A stretch of 64,000 nt of DNA from Leptolyngbyaceae cyanobacterium CSU_1_4 (GTDB lineage Bacteria; Cyanobacteriota; Cyanobacteriia; Elainellales; Elainellaceae): NCBI GenBank assembly GCA_012034615.1, contig JAAUPA010000001.1, forward strand, positions 2,242 to 66,241. The letters run 5' to 3'. Under the pieces are notes generated by a model. That model was given only the letters and a program-made list of their open reading frames with translations, did not search any database and had not been told where the DNA came from. Below, in pieces: positions 40,027 through 50,898 of the stretch; position 1 is the stretch's first letter, and each line of letters opens with the position of its first letter. The position numbers and the translations under genes are program-made.

Positions 40027-41834
40027 TCATCGTTTGAGCAATAGGGAGAGGCTTTTTTTAACTTTGCCACGCAGGAGCAAGAGAGAGCGATGAAGGTGAG
40101 TTTTGGGGGCGAGATATTTTTTGAGCAGGGTGGTCATGTCGTGGGGGTGAGGCGATCGCCATTCTGCCAGTATATTGAGTTGCTGGTTTAGAAACTTCTC
40201 TTGACAAACTTTTCGCTGAATTTTGCCGCTGGAGGTTTTTGGAAGGCTGCCGGGTTTGAGGAAGGCGATCGCGTGGACATCGACAAAATGTTGGTTGAAA
40301 ATTGCCCAACGAATTGCTTCTACGGTCGCTTCCACGTCCAGGATATGGCGATGGTGGCGATCGACTTCTAGGGCAAGAACGAGCTTTTCTTCGCGGTCTA
40401 CGGAGATGGCAAAAGCGGCGCTGGCATTGGGACGGAGGGCAGGATGGCAGTTTTCGGCGGTTTGTTCAAGGTGCTGAGGATAGTGGTTGAAGCCCCAGAA
40501 GACTAGAATTTCTTTCAGGCGACCCGTAATATAGAGCTCTTGATTTTGAGAAAGCCGAGGTCGCCCGTGCGTAGAAAGGTTTGATTCGGAAAATTTTTGA
40601 GGGTGGCTTCAAAGGTTTGCTGAGTGTGTTCAGGAAGATGCCAATAGCCTTGACCTATGCCCGATCCCGTTACCCAAATTTCACCGATTTGGTCTGGAGG
40701 ACAGGGGCAAAGAGTCTGAGGATCGACGATGACAATTTGGGTGTCTTGCCAAGTGCGACCACAACTCACCAAGGGGCGCGCTTCAGGATCGGGGGCAGGG
40801 GTGGCGATCGCTCGGTTTTCTTTCAGGAAAACTGGATCGAGATAAAGGATCGGGGGCATCTCGGTTTTCAGGCTGCCCGTAATTAAGAGAGTCGCTTCTG
40901 CCATGCCGTAGCAGGGATAAAAAGCCTGGGGACGAAAGCCGCACGGGGCAAAGGTGGCGGCGAATTGGTTCAGGGTCTGGGGGCGGATCGGTTCGGCTCC
41001 TGTAAAGGCAACTTCCCAGTGACTGAGGTCAAGGGTTTGACGCTGTTGGGATGTGGTTTGGCGACAGAGCAGATCGTAGGCAAAGTTGGGTGCGCCGCTG
41101 GTCGTGGCTTGGTAATGAGAGAGGGCTTGGAGCCAGCGAAAGGGCTTTTGAACGAAGGCAAGCGGAGACATGAGAATGCTCGGAATACCGAGGTGTAAGG
41201 GCTGAAGGACGTTGCCCATCAGCCCCATGTCGTGAAACAGAGGAAGCCAGCCGACGTTAATGGTTTGGGAATTGCTGCCGAAGGCGATTTCCAGGGTTTT
41301 TTGCTGGCTGCGGATGTTGGCATGGGTGACCATGACGCCCTTGGGAATGCCGGTGGAACCCGAGGTGTATTGGAGGAAGGCAAGGCTTTCGGGGGTGAGG
41401 GTGGGGAGGGGCGATCGCTCTTCTGAGGCAAGTTGATTGGTGATGATCCAGTGGGTGGGACTGAGCGGGCGAAGTTTGGAGGGCAGGGCAGCTTCGGTGA
41501 GAATGAGTTGGGCTTGGGCAGAAGTGAGGCGGGCTTGGAGGTCGGTCAGGTCTTGTTGATTGCGAGGCGGATGACAGGGGACGGCAATGACTCCGGCGCA
41601 CAGGCAAGCATAGAAGGCGGTGATGAATTCTAGCCCTGATTCATAGGAATAGATGAGAAGGGCTCTTTCGGTGGCATAGGGGACGAGATGGGTGGCGATC
41701 GCCTCTGCTTTTTCTGCCAGTTCGGCGTAGGTGAGGGAGGTGGGGGTTAGTTCGCCGTTTTTCAAAAATATGTAAGCGGTTTGATTCGCTTGGCGTTGGG
41801 CACGGTGGCGTAATAGGTCTACTACAGTTTGCAT
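40027..41834 (-). pseudogene. Fatty acyl-AMP ligase (FAAL), one frameshift as assembled
   Basis: AMP-binding LQYTSGSTGIPKGV and YGMAEAT, plus a FAAL-like N-terminus. The frame breaks near 40544-40550. Repair gives ...TGDLGFLQNQELYITGRLKEILVFWGFNHYPQ.... Confidence 0.8.
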
Positions 41835-41940
41835 AGGGACTGCATGATATCTGGGCTTACCGGAGGAGGGGCGATCGAAGCTTTAGTTTATTATCAGGAG
41901 TTTATTATCAAACTGCGGGAATAATTTGGCAGAATCTTTT

Positions 41941-43179
41941 ATGAAAATTGCGATTTTAAGTTCTGGTTTTTTGCCCGTAGTGGATGGAGTGACCGTGGCT
42001 CAAATGAATCGGCTGCGCTGGCTCAGTCGCTGGGGGCATGAGGTGCTGCTATTTTGTCCGGATTATCAACCCATTGAAAGAGTGTATCCAAATTGGCGGG
42101 CGTTCACAGGAGAAATTTTGTCCGGGGTGAGGGTTGTCAATTTAGCAAGTACGTCTTATATGGGCATTGAGTTCGAGCGGAATGTTAGCCCAAAGTCTTA
42201 TCAAACAGTGCTGCGAGAGTTAGCAGCATTTCAGCCAGATGTGATTCATGTGGATGAAGCGGAACGATTGGCAAATGGTTTTTTTAGGTTTCCAGGAATC
42301 AGATTTGCCAAGAAGATGGGAATTCCTTGTATCAGTTTTTTTCATACAAACTTTGTGGAGTATACAGAGGACTTTTTGGAGGTGCCAACGCCTGTTTTGC
42401 AGAGCTTGCAGTTTATCTTGAGACGGATATTTGCTTGGATTTACAACGCTTATGATGTCACGCTGGTGGGAAGTCAGGATGCGTACAAAAAGGTGACGCA
42501 GATGGGAATTAGAAACGGGTTGCGGGGAGATTTTTTGGGAGTTGATGGGGAACGGTTTGAGTCTGAATTGCGAGAACGGAATTTTTTTGAAACGCAATAT
42601 GATTTAGAGGATTTAGCAGACAAGGTGAAGTTAGTCTTTGTGGGACGGTTAACGCCGGATAAGGGCTGGAAGTTTGCCATGAGTGCATTGGAACAGATGG
42701 TGCGGCGGCAGGACATGAGCCAAGTAGCAATTTTAATTGCAGGAGATGGAGAGATGCGGGCTGAAATTTCAGGGCGCTTGGGAAAGTTGGCTCATTGTTT
42801 GGGACGAGTTCCGCCCAGTGATATTCCGGCTTTGTTGGCGAATGGTGATGTGCTGGTGACGACTTCAGAAAAAGAGACGCGGGGGCTGACGATTTTGGAA
42901 GGATTTGCAGCCGGAATTCCGGCGATCGCTCCTCGCGCTGGAGGAGTGACTGACAGTATTAAGGATGGGGTGAATGGGTTTTTGTTTGCCCCAGGAAATG
43001 GAGAAGATTTTGCAGAGAAGTTAAATCGCCTCATTAACGATGCTGATCTGCGTGGGGAAATGGGCAGGCAGGGCAAGGCATCGGTACGGCAATACGACTG
43101 GGAGCAGACGGTTGGGAATTTACTGCAAGTCTGGGAGGAGGCGATCGCCCAGAAGCGGCTTTCCCGGAAGCCTCTCTAG
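41941..43179 (+). CDS. Glycosyltransferase family 4 (GT-B, group 1)
   Basis: MKIAILSSGFLPVVDGVT N-terminus and the C-terminal E-x7-E region (SEKETRGLTILEGFAAGIPAIAPRAGG). Confidence 0.82.
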   Translation: MKIAILSSGFLPVVDGVTVAQMNRLRWLSRWGHEVLLFCPDYQPIERVYPNWRAFTGEILSGVRVVNLASTSYMGIEFERNVSPKSYQTVLRELAAFQPDVIHVDEAERLANGFFRFPGIRFAKKMGIPCISFFHTNFVEYTEDFLEVPTPVLQSLQFILRRIFAWIYNAYDVTLVGSQDAYKKVTQMGIRNGLRGDFLGVDGERFESELRERNFFETQYDLEDLADKVKLVFVGRLTPDKGWKFAMSALEQMVRRQDMSQVAILIAGDGEMRAEISGRLGKLAHCLGRVPPSDIPALLANGDVLVTTSEKETRGLTILEGFAAGIPAIAPRAGGVTDSIKDGVNGFLFAPGNGEDFAEKLNRLINDADLRGEMGRQGKASVRQYDWEQTVGNLLQVWEEAIAQKRLSRKPL

Positions 43180-43462
43180 AGCCAGATAACAATCCTATTT
43201 AAACGGTGAGATTCCCATCTACCCCCATTCCCAACCCTTCTACCAGAGCCTACTGTATACACGGTAGCCTGCCTTGGAAGAAGGGGCTGGGGGTTGAGGG
43301 TTAGTTACACATCGCCTGTTATGGCAGGAAAGTGGGTTGGAACAGGGGGCAAGGCGATCGCTTCCAGGTTGTTTAAGTTGGTATCAATCTTGTCTTGAAA
43401 TGAGGGAGGACTCAGAGTAGGCTAAAATTCAGATTAAGTTTTATCGGCTGGGGGGAATCGGC

Positions 43463-44386
43463 GTGGTTAGTTTGGACTCAGAGCAACTTGAGCAACTCAA
43501 GGCAATTGGCACATTTCTGGGCGAAGTGCGCGAAGAGGAAGGGCGAACCTTAGAGGATATTGCAACTAAGACTTATATCCCGCTGCGATTGTTAAGGGCG
43601 ATCGAGGCAGGACAAGAACAGATTTTGCCCGAACCTGTTTTTGTTCAAGGCTTTATTCGCCGCTATGGCGATGCCCTAGGATTAGACGGCAACGAACTGT
43701 CTAAACGGTTTCCAGTAAACGCAGTCCCTGTGATCTCAGCCTTTACCGCTCACCAAGAAGCTAAAACTGGCTTACCCGACCCTGAACCGGGCGCTGCCTA
43801 TGTTCCCCCTGCCACAAATGTTTGGCAGCCCGCAGAACTGCCTTCTTCTCGTCCTCCTTATCTTCTCATTGGAGGGATTGCTCTGGCAGTGTTGGCAGGG
43901 CTGGGAAGCGTTGTTTTGCCGCTTCTAAAACCCAGCACCCCGATCGCCAGTGCTCCGTCGGCTCCGTCGGTTAAGCCTGCTGCTCCGGTGGCGGCTCCCC
44001 TTACAGATCCGGTGCCGTCTCCTGAAGTCTCTGCTGCCAAGGAAACTCCCATTGCAGCCAGTCCAATTACCGCTAGTCCCATTACAGCCAGCCCAACGCC
44101 CGCGGCTACCGCGATCGCCTCTCCTGTTGATCCTAATTCTCCAGTTTCTATTGATGTGAAGGTAAGCGATCGCTCCTGGGTGCAAGTGGTGGTGGATGGG
44201 GCTGTGGAGTACGAAGGCATCCTAGAAACGGGTGCCCAGCAAAGTTGGTCTGGGAAGGAGTCGATTATCATCTCATCGGGCAATGCCGGGGCCGTTTCAG
44301 TTGCTTTTAACAAAGGAGTTGCTCAGACGATGGGGAAACTGGGCGCGATCGAAGAAAAAACCTATACTGCAAAGGGCGTTCAGTAA
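43463..44386 (+). CDS. rodZ: RodZ-like cytoskeleton protein (HTH + TM + Pro-rich linker + DUF4115)
   Basis: HTH region LEDIATKTYIPLRLLRAIEAG, one TM segment, a Pro/Ala-rich spacer and a C-terminal SWVQVVVDG...GNAGAVSVAFNKG. Confidence 0.78.
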   Translation: MVSLDSEQLEQLKAIGTFLGEVREEEGRTLEDIATKTYIPLRLLRAIEAGQEQILPEPVFVQGFIRRYGDALGLDGNELSKRFPVNAVPVISAFTAHQEAKTGLPDPEPGAAYVPPATNVWQPAELPSSRPPYLLIGGIALAVLAGLGSVVLPLLKPSTPIASAPSAPSVKPAAPVAAPLTDPVPSPEVSAAKETPIAASPITASPITASPTPAATAIASPVDPNSPVSIDVKVSDRSWVQVVVDGAVEYEGILETGAQQSWSGKESIIISSGNAGAVSVAFNKGVAQTMGKLGAIEEKTYTAKGVQ

Positions 44387-44430
44387 ATAATTTGAGGTTA
44401 GGGAGTAGCAGAAAAAAGCTGCCCCGAAAC

Positions 44431-44501
44431 GCCCCCTAAATCCCCATTCTAGGGAACTTCCGAACCCTTCAAAGTCCCCCAGAATGGGGGATTCAGGGGG
44501 C
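44431..44501. mobile_element. MITE-like palindromic element
   Basis: gccccctaaatccccattctagggaactt ... aagtcccccagaatgggggattcagggggc. Confidence 0.7.
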
Positions 44502-44810
44502 TAATCAGATGAGGCATCCCATAGAACTTTATTGAAACGCAGATCCCTTAGTTGCCCATCGTGTCTTATTTAGCTGCTTTATCTTATTTAGATGCTTTAA
44601 AGGTGTTTTAACCGCGATCGCGCCGGGTCAAAATTTTGCAAGACCAAGCTTCAGTTTAACGGTCTGGCTTTCTTCTATATCTTAAAATAGCAGGTAAAAG
44701 TAGCAGGTTTTGAGCAAGCGCAACCTTTCATACAGCAATGCCCAAAACCGTCTCTAAAGTCATCCCTAAATTTGGGTCTAGGCTTTCGTTTCAATGGTTT
44801 TGCACCAGTC

Positions 44811-44862
44811 ATTAATCTAACCTAAATCTATTCTTGTTAGTTTGATAGCGAGTTCTTAACGT
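44811..44862 (+). promoter_or_regulatory. Pho-box-like array: five 8-mers phased every 11 bp
   Basis: ATTAATCT (44811), CTAAATCT (44822), CTTGTTAG (44833), GATAGCGA (44844) and CTTAACGT (44855). Three resemble the cyanobacterial PyTTAAPyPy(T/A) SphR/PhoB box. They lie 124-175 nt upstream of the phosphoesterase ATG. Confidence 0.45.
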
Positions 44863-44985
44863 TGTGATGGGATGCTGTGTTGGCATCGTAGTCAGGGTGT
44901 ATGAATTACATTTCTTCAAGTGTGATCGGTGACACGTCAGTCACCGTCGTTTTCGTTTGTGCATTTTACTCCCTGAATTGACAAC

Positions 44986-47900
44986 ATGACAGAACTTAAA
45001 GGATTTGCTTCTCTACCTGCGGATACTTTCGCGGCTGGTCCCCAGTCGGGTAAAGATGTTACGACCACTAACCGGACTACTCCTTTTGCAAGCCAACCTG
45101 TGCAAGGGTTTAGCGGGGTGCAATTTGCAGATCAAGATTCGTTTTGGTTTTTGCCAGACAATGGGTTTGGCGCTAAGGCAAATAGTTCAGATTTTTTATT
45201 GCGGCTTTACCGAGTTGATCCTAGCTACCGGGGCGTAGAAACGGGTGACGGCAGCGTTAATGTCGGTGAATTTATTCAGTTTGCTGATCCTGATCACAAG
45301 GTTCCCTTCAAGATTACTCAGGATGGAACGGCGGAGCGATTGTTGACAGGGGCAGACTTTGATATTGAGTCGTTTGTGTTAGCAGCAGATGGCACGATTT
45401 GGGTGGGGGATGAATTTGGTCCTTATTTGCTGCATTTTGATACCTCTGGGAAACTGTTGGAGGCACCGATCGCCACTCCCAATTTTTCCAAGTTTAAGAC
45501 GTTGAACGGTCAAGTGCCTTTGGTGCTAGGTCATCGAGGTGCCAGCGGCGAACGTCCGGAGCATACGCTAGCTTCTTATGAATTGGCGATCGCTCAAGGT
45601 GCTGATTTCATTGAGCCCGACTTGGTTTCTACTAAAGATGGCGTGTTAGTTGCGCGTCATGAGAACGAGATTTCTGGAACCACGGATGTCGCGTCGCGCC
45701 CAGAGTTTGCTAGCCGCAAAGCGACCAAAATTATTGATGGCACGTCTTTTACGGGCTGGTTTGCTGAAGATTTTACGCTAGCAGAGATCAAGACTTTGCG
45801 GGCGATCGAGCGGTTGTCGTTTAGAGATCAGTCTTATAACGGACAGTTTGAAATTCCGACGCTGCAAGAAATTATTGATTTAGCGAAGCAGAAGAGCATC
45901 GAAACAGGGCGGACGATTGGGATTTATCCTGAAACGAAGCATCCGACTTATCACGATTCTATTGGGCTTTCGTTGGAAGAGCCGTTAGTTAAAATTCTCA
46001 AGGCGAATGGACTGGATAAAAAAGATTCTGCGGTCTTTATTCAATCTTTTGAGGTCGGGAACCTGAAGGAGTTGAATACGCTGATTGATGCGCCTTTGGT
46101 ACAGCTTTTTGATGCCGCAGATATCGCCCTAGATGGAACGCTGATTGAAACTCGCTCGGCTGATTTTGTGGCAAGCGGCGATCAACGGACGATGGAGATT
46201 TGCGATCGCCTGAAGGATTGAAAGAAATTGCAACCTACGCTGATGGCATTGGACCTTGGAAACGGATGATTGTGTCGGTAAAGGGCACAGATGCGAACGG
46301 CGATGGGAAGGCAGATGATGTCAACAAGGATGGATCGGTGAATGATGCCGACAAGACAACCACCGCACCAACCACACTGATTCAGGATGCCCACAACGCA
46401 GGTTTGCAGGTTCATCCTTACACGTTTAGAAACGAGCCTCAGTATTTAGCAGCAGATTACAACGGTAATCCTGAAGCGGAGTACAGACAGTTTATTTCAT
46501 TGGGTGTGGATGCTTTCTTCACTGATTTTCCTGGCACCGGAAACAAGGTGAGAACTCAGGCTGCTGCGGATCAGGTGCGATCGCCCGATAATCCAGCAGT
46601 GCTAGCAGGCACCCAACTCGCCAATCTGGGAGGCTCTAGAGGCTTTGAGGGAATGGCGATTAATGCCGACAAAACCAAGCTGTATCCCTTGCTAGAAGGC
46701 TCTGTAGTCGGTGATCCTAGCAATGCGCTGCGGATTCATCAATACGATGTGGCTTCTAAAAAATATGAAGGATTGGTGGGATATTACAAACTAGAAAATC
46801 CTGCCAATGCGATCGGAGATTTTACCGTTATCAACAACCATGAGTACTTGGTGATTGAACGGGATAATAACCAGGGCGATAATGCAAAATTCAAGAAAAT
46901 CTTCAAGGTAGATTTCTCGAAGAAAGATGCAAACGGCTACGTTGCAAAAGCAGAAGTGGCAGATTTATTGAACATTGCTGATCCTCAAGATCTCAATCAA
47001 GATGGCAGCACTGTTTACAGGATGCCGTTTCAAACGATCGAAGATGTGTTGGTCATTGACGCTCAAACAATCTTGGTGGCTAACGACAACAACTATCCGT
47101 TCTCCGTGGGCAGACCTCCGGCGATCGACAACAACGAGCAGGTTTTATTGACATTGGATCAGCCGCTCAATGTTGATTCGAGAGTGGGGCTAGCAGGTTT
47201 GAATCAGCCTTCAGAGGGTGGCACAGAGGAGCCCGGAACCCAAACCGGAACAGCAAAGAACGTCATCATCATGATTGGCGATGGCATGGGCTGGGAAATG
47301 GCTCGCGCTGCGGCAATCTATCAGCAAATTCAAGCGGGAAACACAGGGAAAAGTCTCAGCGATTTCTACACCTCTGGCGTAGGAACGGGTCTGAGCTTTC
47401 AAAGCCTCACGGGTTATGCTCTGTCAACCACCTATGGCACCACGATCGCAGGTACGAACGGGGTGTTCAGCACAGGCAACTCTGCCCTCACCACCTCCGA
47501 CTCAGCAACAGCCGGTAGCCCCCTTACCCCTGGGTTCCAGTTCAACCCTGGTTTCAACCCAGGCACTACAGCTTCGGGTGGTGCAACGACTGCTAGTGGC
47601 GCAGCCGGAAACTTGGTGGGATACGATGCCGTGCGGGGCGGGCTATATCCTTGGGATGCTGCCTATTACGGCGGTGCTGTAGCCCTCGGCTTTGATAAAG
47701 AATATATCAAAGCTAGTTATCCAGACTCGGCAAACACAGCGACCACCTTGTATACCGGAGTGAAGAGCTACAACAACGCGATCGGGGTAGACATTTTCGA
47801 GCAACCTCTCGAAACTATTCTGGTGACCTCGGCGCTGGCTGGCAAATCAACCGGTTTGGTCACCTCTGTGCCCATCGACCATGCCACCCCAGGTGCCGCC

Positions 47901-49648
47901 GCCGCCACAGTCAACCGTCGAGGGAAGTACGACACTCCCACCCCCGATTTAGACAACATTCTGCAACAAGAGCTGCGGATCTATCAGCCGACTGTGCTCT
48001 TAGGCGGTGGTAATCCCCTTTCTATTCCTGCTGATCCTTTGCCTGAAGGCGTTGAGCCTCCGCGCGACTTTACTTTTGTTTCTAAAGATACCTACGAGTA
48101 TTTGCAAGCCAACCCCACGGATAACCGCTACGGCTACACCTTCCTAGAGCGAGGCGCAAATGCAGCGGATACATTAGCCGCTACAGCCGCTAGTCTTGAT
48201 CCTAATAAGGGCGATCGCTTGGTGGGTTTGTACGGTGCGCGCGGACAAAACGGCAACCTGCCCGTGTCTTCTGCCAATGGCGATTACAGCACCACAGGTT
48301 TAAATCTGTTCTCGGTTAACAGCACTCAAGGGTTGAAACAAGACTTCCTAAGACCATTGAACCCGGGTGAAACAGATGAGCAGTTCATTGCCCGTGAGCG
48401 CAATGAAAACCCCACGCTGCAAGACCTGACCGTCGCCGCCCTAGATGTGTTGGGTAAAGACAAGGATGGCTTCTGGTTGATGGTGGAAGGCGGCGACATT
48501 GACTGGTCTGCCCATGACAACAACATCGACAATTTGATCGGCACGATGTTGGCTTTTGATAATGCAGTCAAGTCCACTATTGAGTGGATTGAGGCAAACG
48601 GCGGCTGGGAAAAAAATCAGCTCATTGTCACAGCCGACCACGACCACTACCTAACGTTAAATGACAACTTCCCTGCCCTGCTGCAAACTCTAGGCGCTGA
48701 AGCACTGACTGAGATTGATGACGCGACTGCCGCCGGAAACTTCTGGGGGTCTGACCCTAACGTGAAGTACGGCTGGGGTAACCACTCCAACCGTCCGGTG
48801 CCTGTCTACTACCAGGGAGCAGGTTCTGATTTTCTGACTAACTTCATTGGTCAGGACTATAACAGCTACGGCTACCAAATTCCTGGATACGCGGTTGGTG
48901 TAGACCAAAACCAAATTTATCAAACCATGCTGGCAGGCATCACGGGTTCCCCTGATCGGGCTGTTGTTGAAGGTTCTCAAGTGATTGATGGCACCAATAA
49001 CGGTACACCGGGCGATGACATCATCTACACGGGTGCATTTGATGATGTTATCCATGCCGATGGTGGTGACAATCAAATCTTTGCGAACCAGGGCAATAAC
49101 ACAATTTATGCCCATGATGGCGATGACTTGGCTTACGCAGGCACGGGCAACGATCGCTTCTTCTTGAATGGTGGCGTTAATACCGTTTTGCGGGGGCAGG
49201 CGATGACTACATTCGCGCAGGTGATGGCGATAATGAGGTTTATGCAGGTGCTGGCAACGAGGACATTGTGTTAGGCAGAGGCAACAACTATGTTGATGCG
49301 GGTTCTGGCAACGATATTCTGTTTGTAGGCAATGGTAACAATACGATCTTGGCTGGTGCAGGCAATGACACTCTCTATGTCGGTTCTGGTAACAATGCCA
49401 TTAATGCGGGCGTTGGCGAAGATGTCGTAACGGTGACAAACGGTGGTAAGAACACCTTCACTTTGAATGCAGGCGTTGGATCAGTCACGATCAATGGCTT
49501 CAATTCTGAGGCTAAGTTCAGGCTGGGTACAGGTCTGGCGGTAGCTGATGTAAAGTTAACCCTCAGTGGTAACAACACTTTGATCAGCAAAGGTGATGAT
49601 TTATTGGCAACCTTAGCTGGAGTCATTCTCTCGGCTTTACCTGTTTAA
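44986..49648 (+). pseudogene. Giant secreted phosphoesterase fusion (phytase-like, glycerophosphodiester phosphodiesterase, phytase-like, PhoA-type alkaline phosphatase, RTX Ca-binding repeats), two frameshifts as assembled
   Basis: [24 protein letters not shown]...FIEPDL. Alkaline phosphatase [25 protein letters not shown] and TADHDH. C-terminal GxGNDxL/I nonapeptide repeats. Breaks occur at ~46190 (repair gives [25 protein letters not shown]) and at the T4 run 49186-49189 (repair gives [31 protein letters not shown]). Confidence 0.8.
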
Positions 49649-49741
49649 TTGAGTCGGTTTAGCTGAATCGATTTAATCCAGTGGGTTGAATAATATAGCG
49701 ATCGCTCCTATTTTCTAGGGGCGATCGCTGTCTTGAACGGG

Positions 49742-49909
49742 CTTGCTTCTGTTGTGAATGAGCAGGTTGCTATCTTAAATAAGCTTGCTCCTATTATGGA
49801 TAAGCTTGCCGCTATTTTGAATGAGCTTGTAGTTGCTTTAGATGAGCTTGCCGCTATTTTGGGATAGCTTGCTGCTATTTTGAAGGAGCTTGTTGCTATT
49901 GTCATGTAA
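49742..49909. repeat. Degenerate 21-bp tandem repeat array (~8 units)
   Basis: Units such as aatgagcttgccgctattttg. The plus frame reads LASVVNE QVAILNK LAPIMDK LAAILNE LVVALDE LAAILG* LAAILKE LVAIVM*. The minus frame contains the tracked 70-aa ORF. Confidence 0.85.
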
Positions 49910-49954
49910 CGTTGCGCCATTATTTAGCAACCTGGCATGTCCGCCCGAATAGAT

Positions 49955-50766
49955 TCATCCGCCGTGGGCAAACTCTGGGTATAAAGTCATCCCACCATCT
50001 ATAAATAAAGTGGTGCCATGCACATAGTCTGAATCATCGGAAGCAAGCCACACGACTGCTTTGCCAATGTCATCAGGAACCCCAATGCGATTATAAGGAA
50101 TTAGTTTTAGCAGAGCGGCTTTTTCCTCGGGCGTATCTCGCTCTGATTCATTAATAGAAGTGCGATCGCGCCGGGTGCAATGCTATTCACCCGAATTTTG
50201 TAAGGTGCAAGCTCTTGAGCAATACTTTTCATCATTAGGTCAATGCCGCCTTTACTAGAAGCATAGTTAACATGACCTGCCCAAGGAATCACTTGATGCA
50301 CCGAACTAATACAAATAATCTTTCCGGCGGCACAAGAGAGCTCAGGCTTCACCCCTCGTTTTAGAAACTCTTTGGCGGCTTCGCGCGCGCACAAAAACTG
50401 TCCTGTTAGGTTAACACCGATGACCACATTCCATTGGTCGATCGTCATCTCTACAAAGGCAGCATCTTTTTGAATGCCAGCATTGTTCACTAAAATATCG
50501 ATCGTGCCGAACTCTTGATACATTTGAGCAAACAAGGCAAGAACTTCCTCTTCCTTGGCAACGTTTGCCCCAATAGCGATCGCCCTACCGCCTTGCGATC
50601 GAATATCGTTAACGATATTCTCTGCTGCTTCTAAATCAGAATTGTAATTAATCACCACAGAGGCACCCGCCTTTGCCAGATTTCGAGCCGCCGCCTCACC
50701 AATCCCAGAACTTGAACCCGTAACTAAAGCGATTTGACCTTTTAGTAAGTCAGGAGAATAGCTCAT
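49955..50766 (-). pseudogene. SDR-family oxidoreductase (glucose 1-dehydrogenase-like), one frameshift as assembled
   Basis: TGSSSGIGEA, NNAG and SSVH...YASSK motifs. The break is at ~50160-50163. Repair gives PGAIATSINESERDTPEEKAALLKLIPYNRIGVPDDIGKAVVWLASDDSDYVHGTTLFIDGGMTLYPEFAHGG*. Confidence 0.82.
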
Positions 50767-50898
50767 TAGAACGGCTTACCTACATGATCTGGAACATCCA
50801 CAATTTAAGACGAGACCGAGATCGCGACATCTATCCAATGGAAGAAGCGGATTAGGTTCTCCTAGAATTGCGGCGGAAGGTTCTTAGATTTGATCTAC

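Noticed and set aside
2275-44313. Numerous 60-150-aa ORFs antisense to or overlapping large genes (for example 2275..2559, 3144..3365, 15261..15617, 41257..41607, 42220..42597, 43858..44313)
   Set aside because: They lie wholly within well-supported genes in other frames, have low-complexity Pro/Arg/Ser-rich translations, and lack start-site context.
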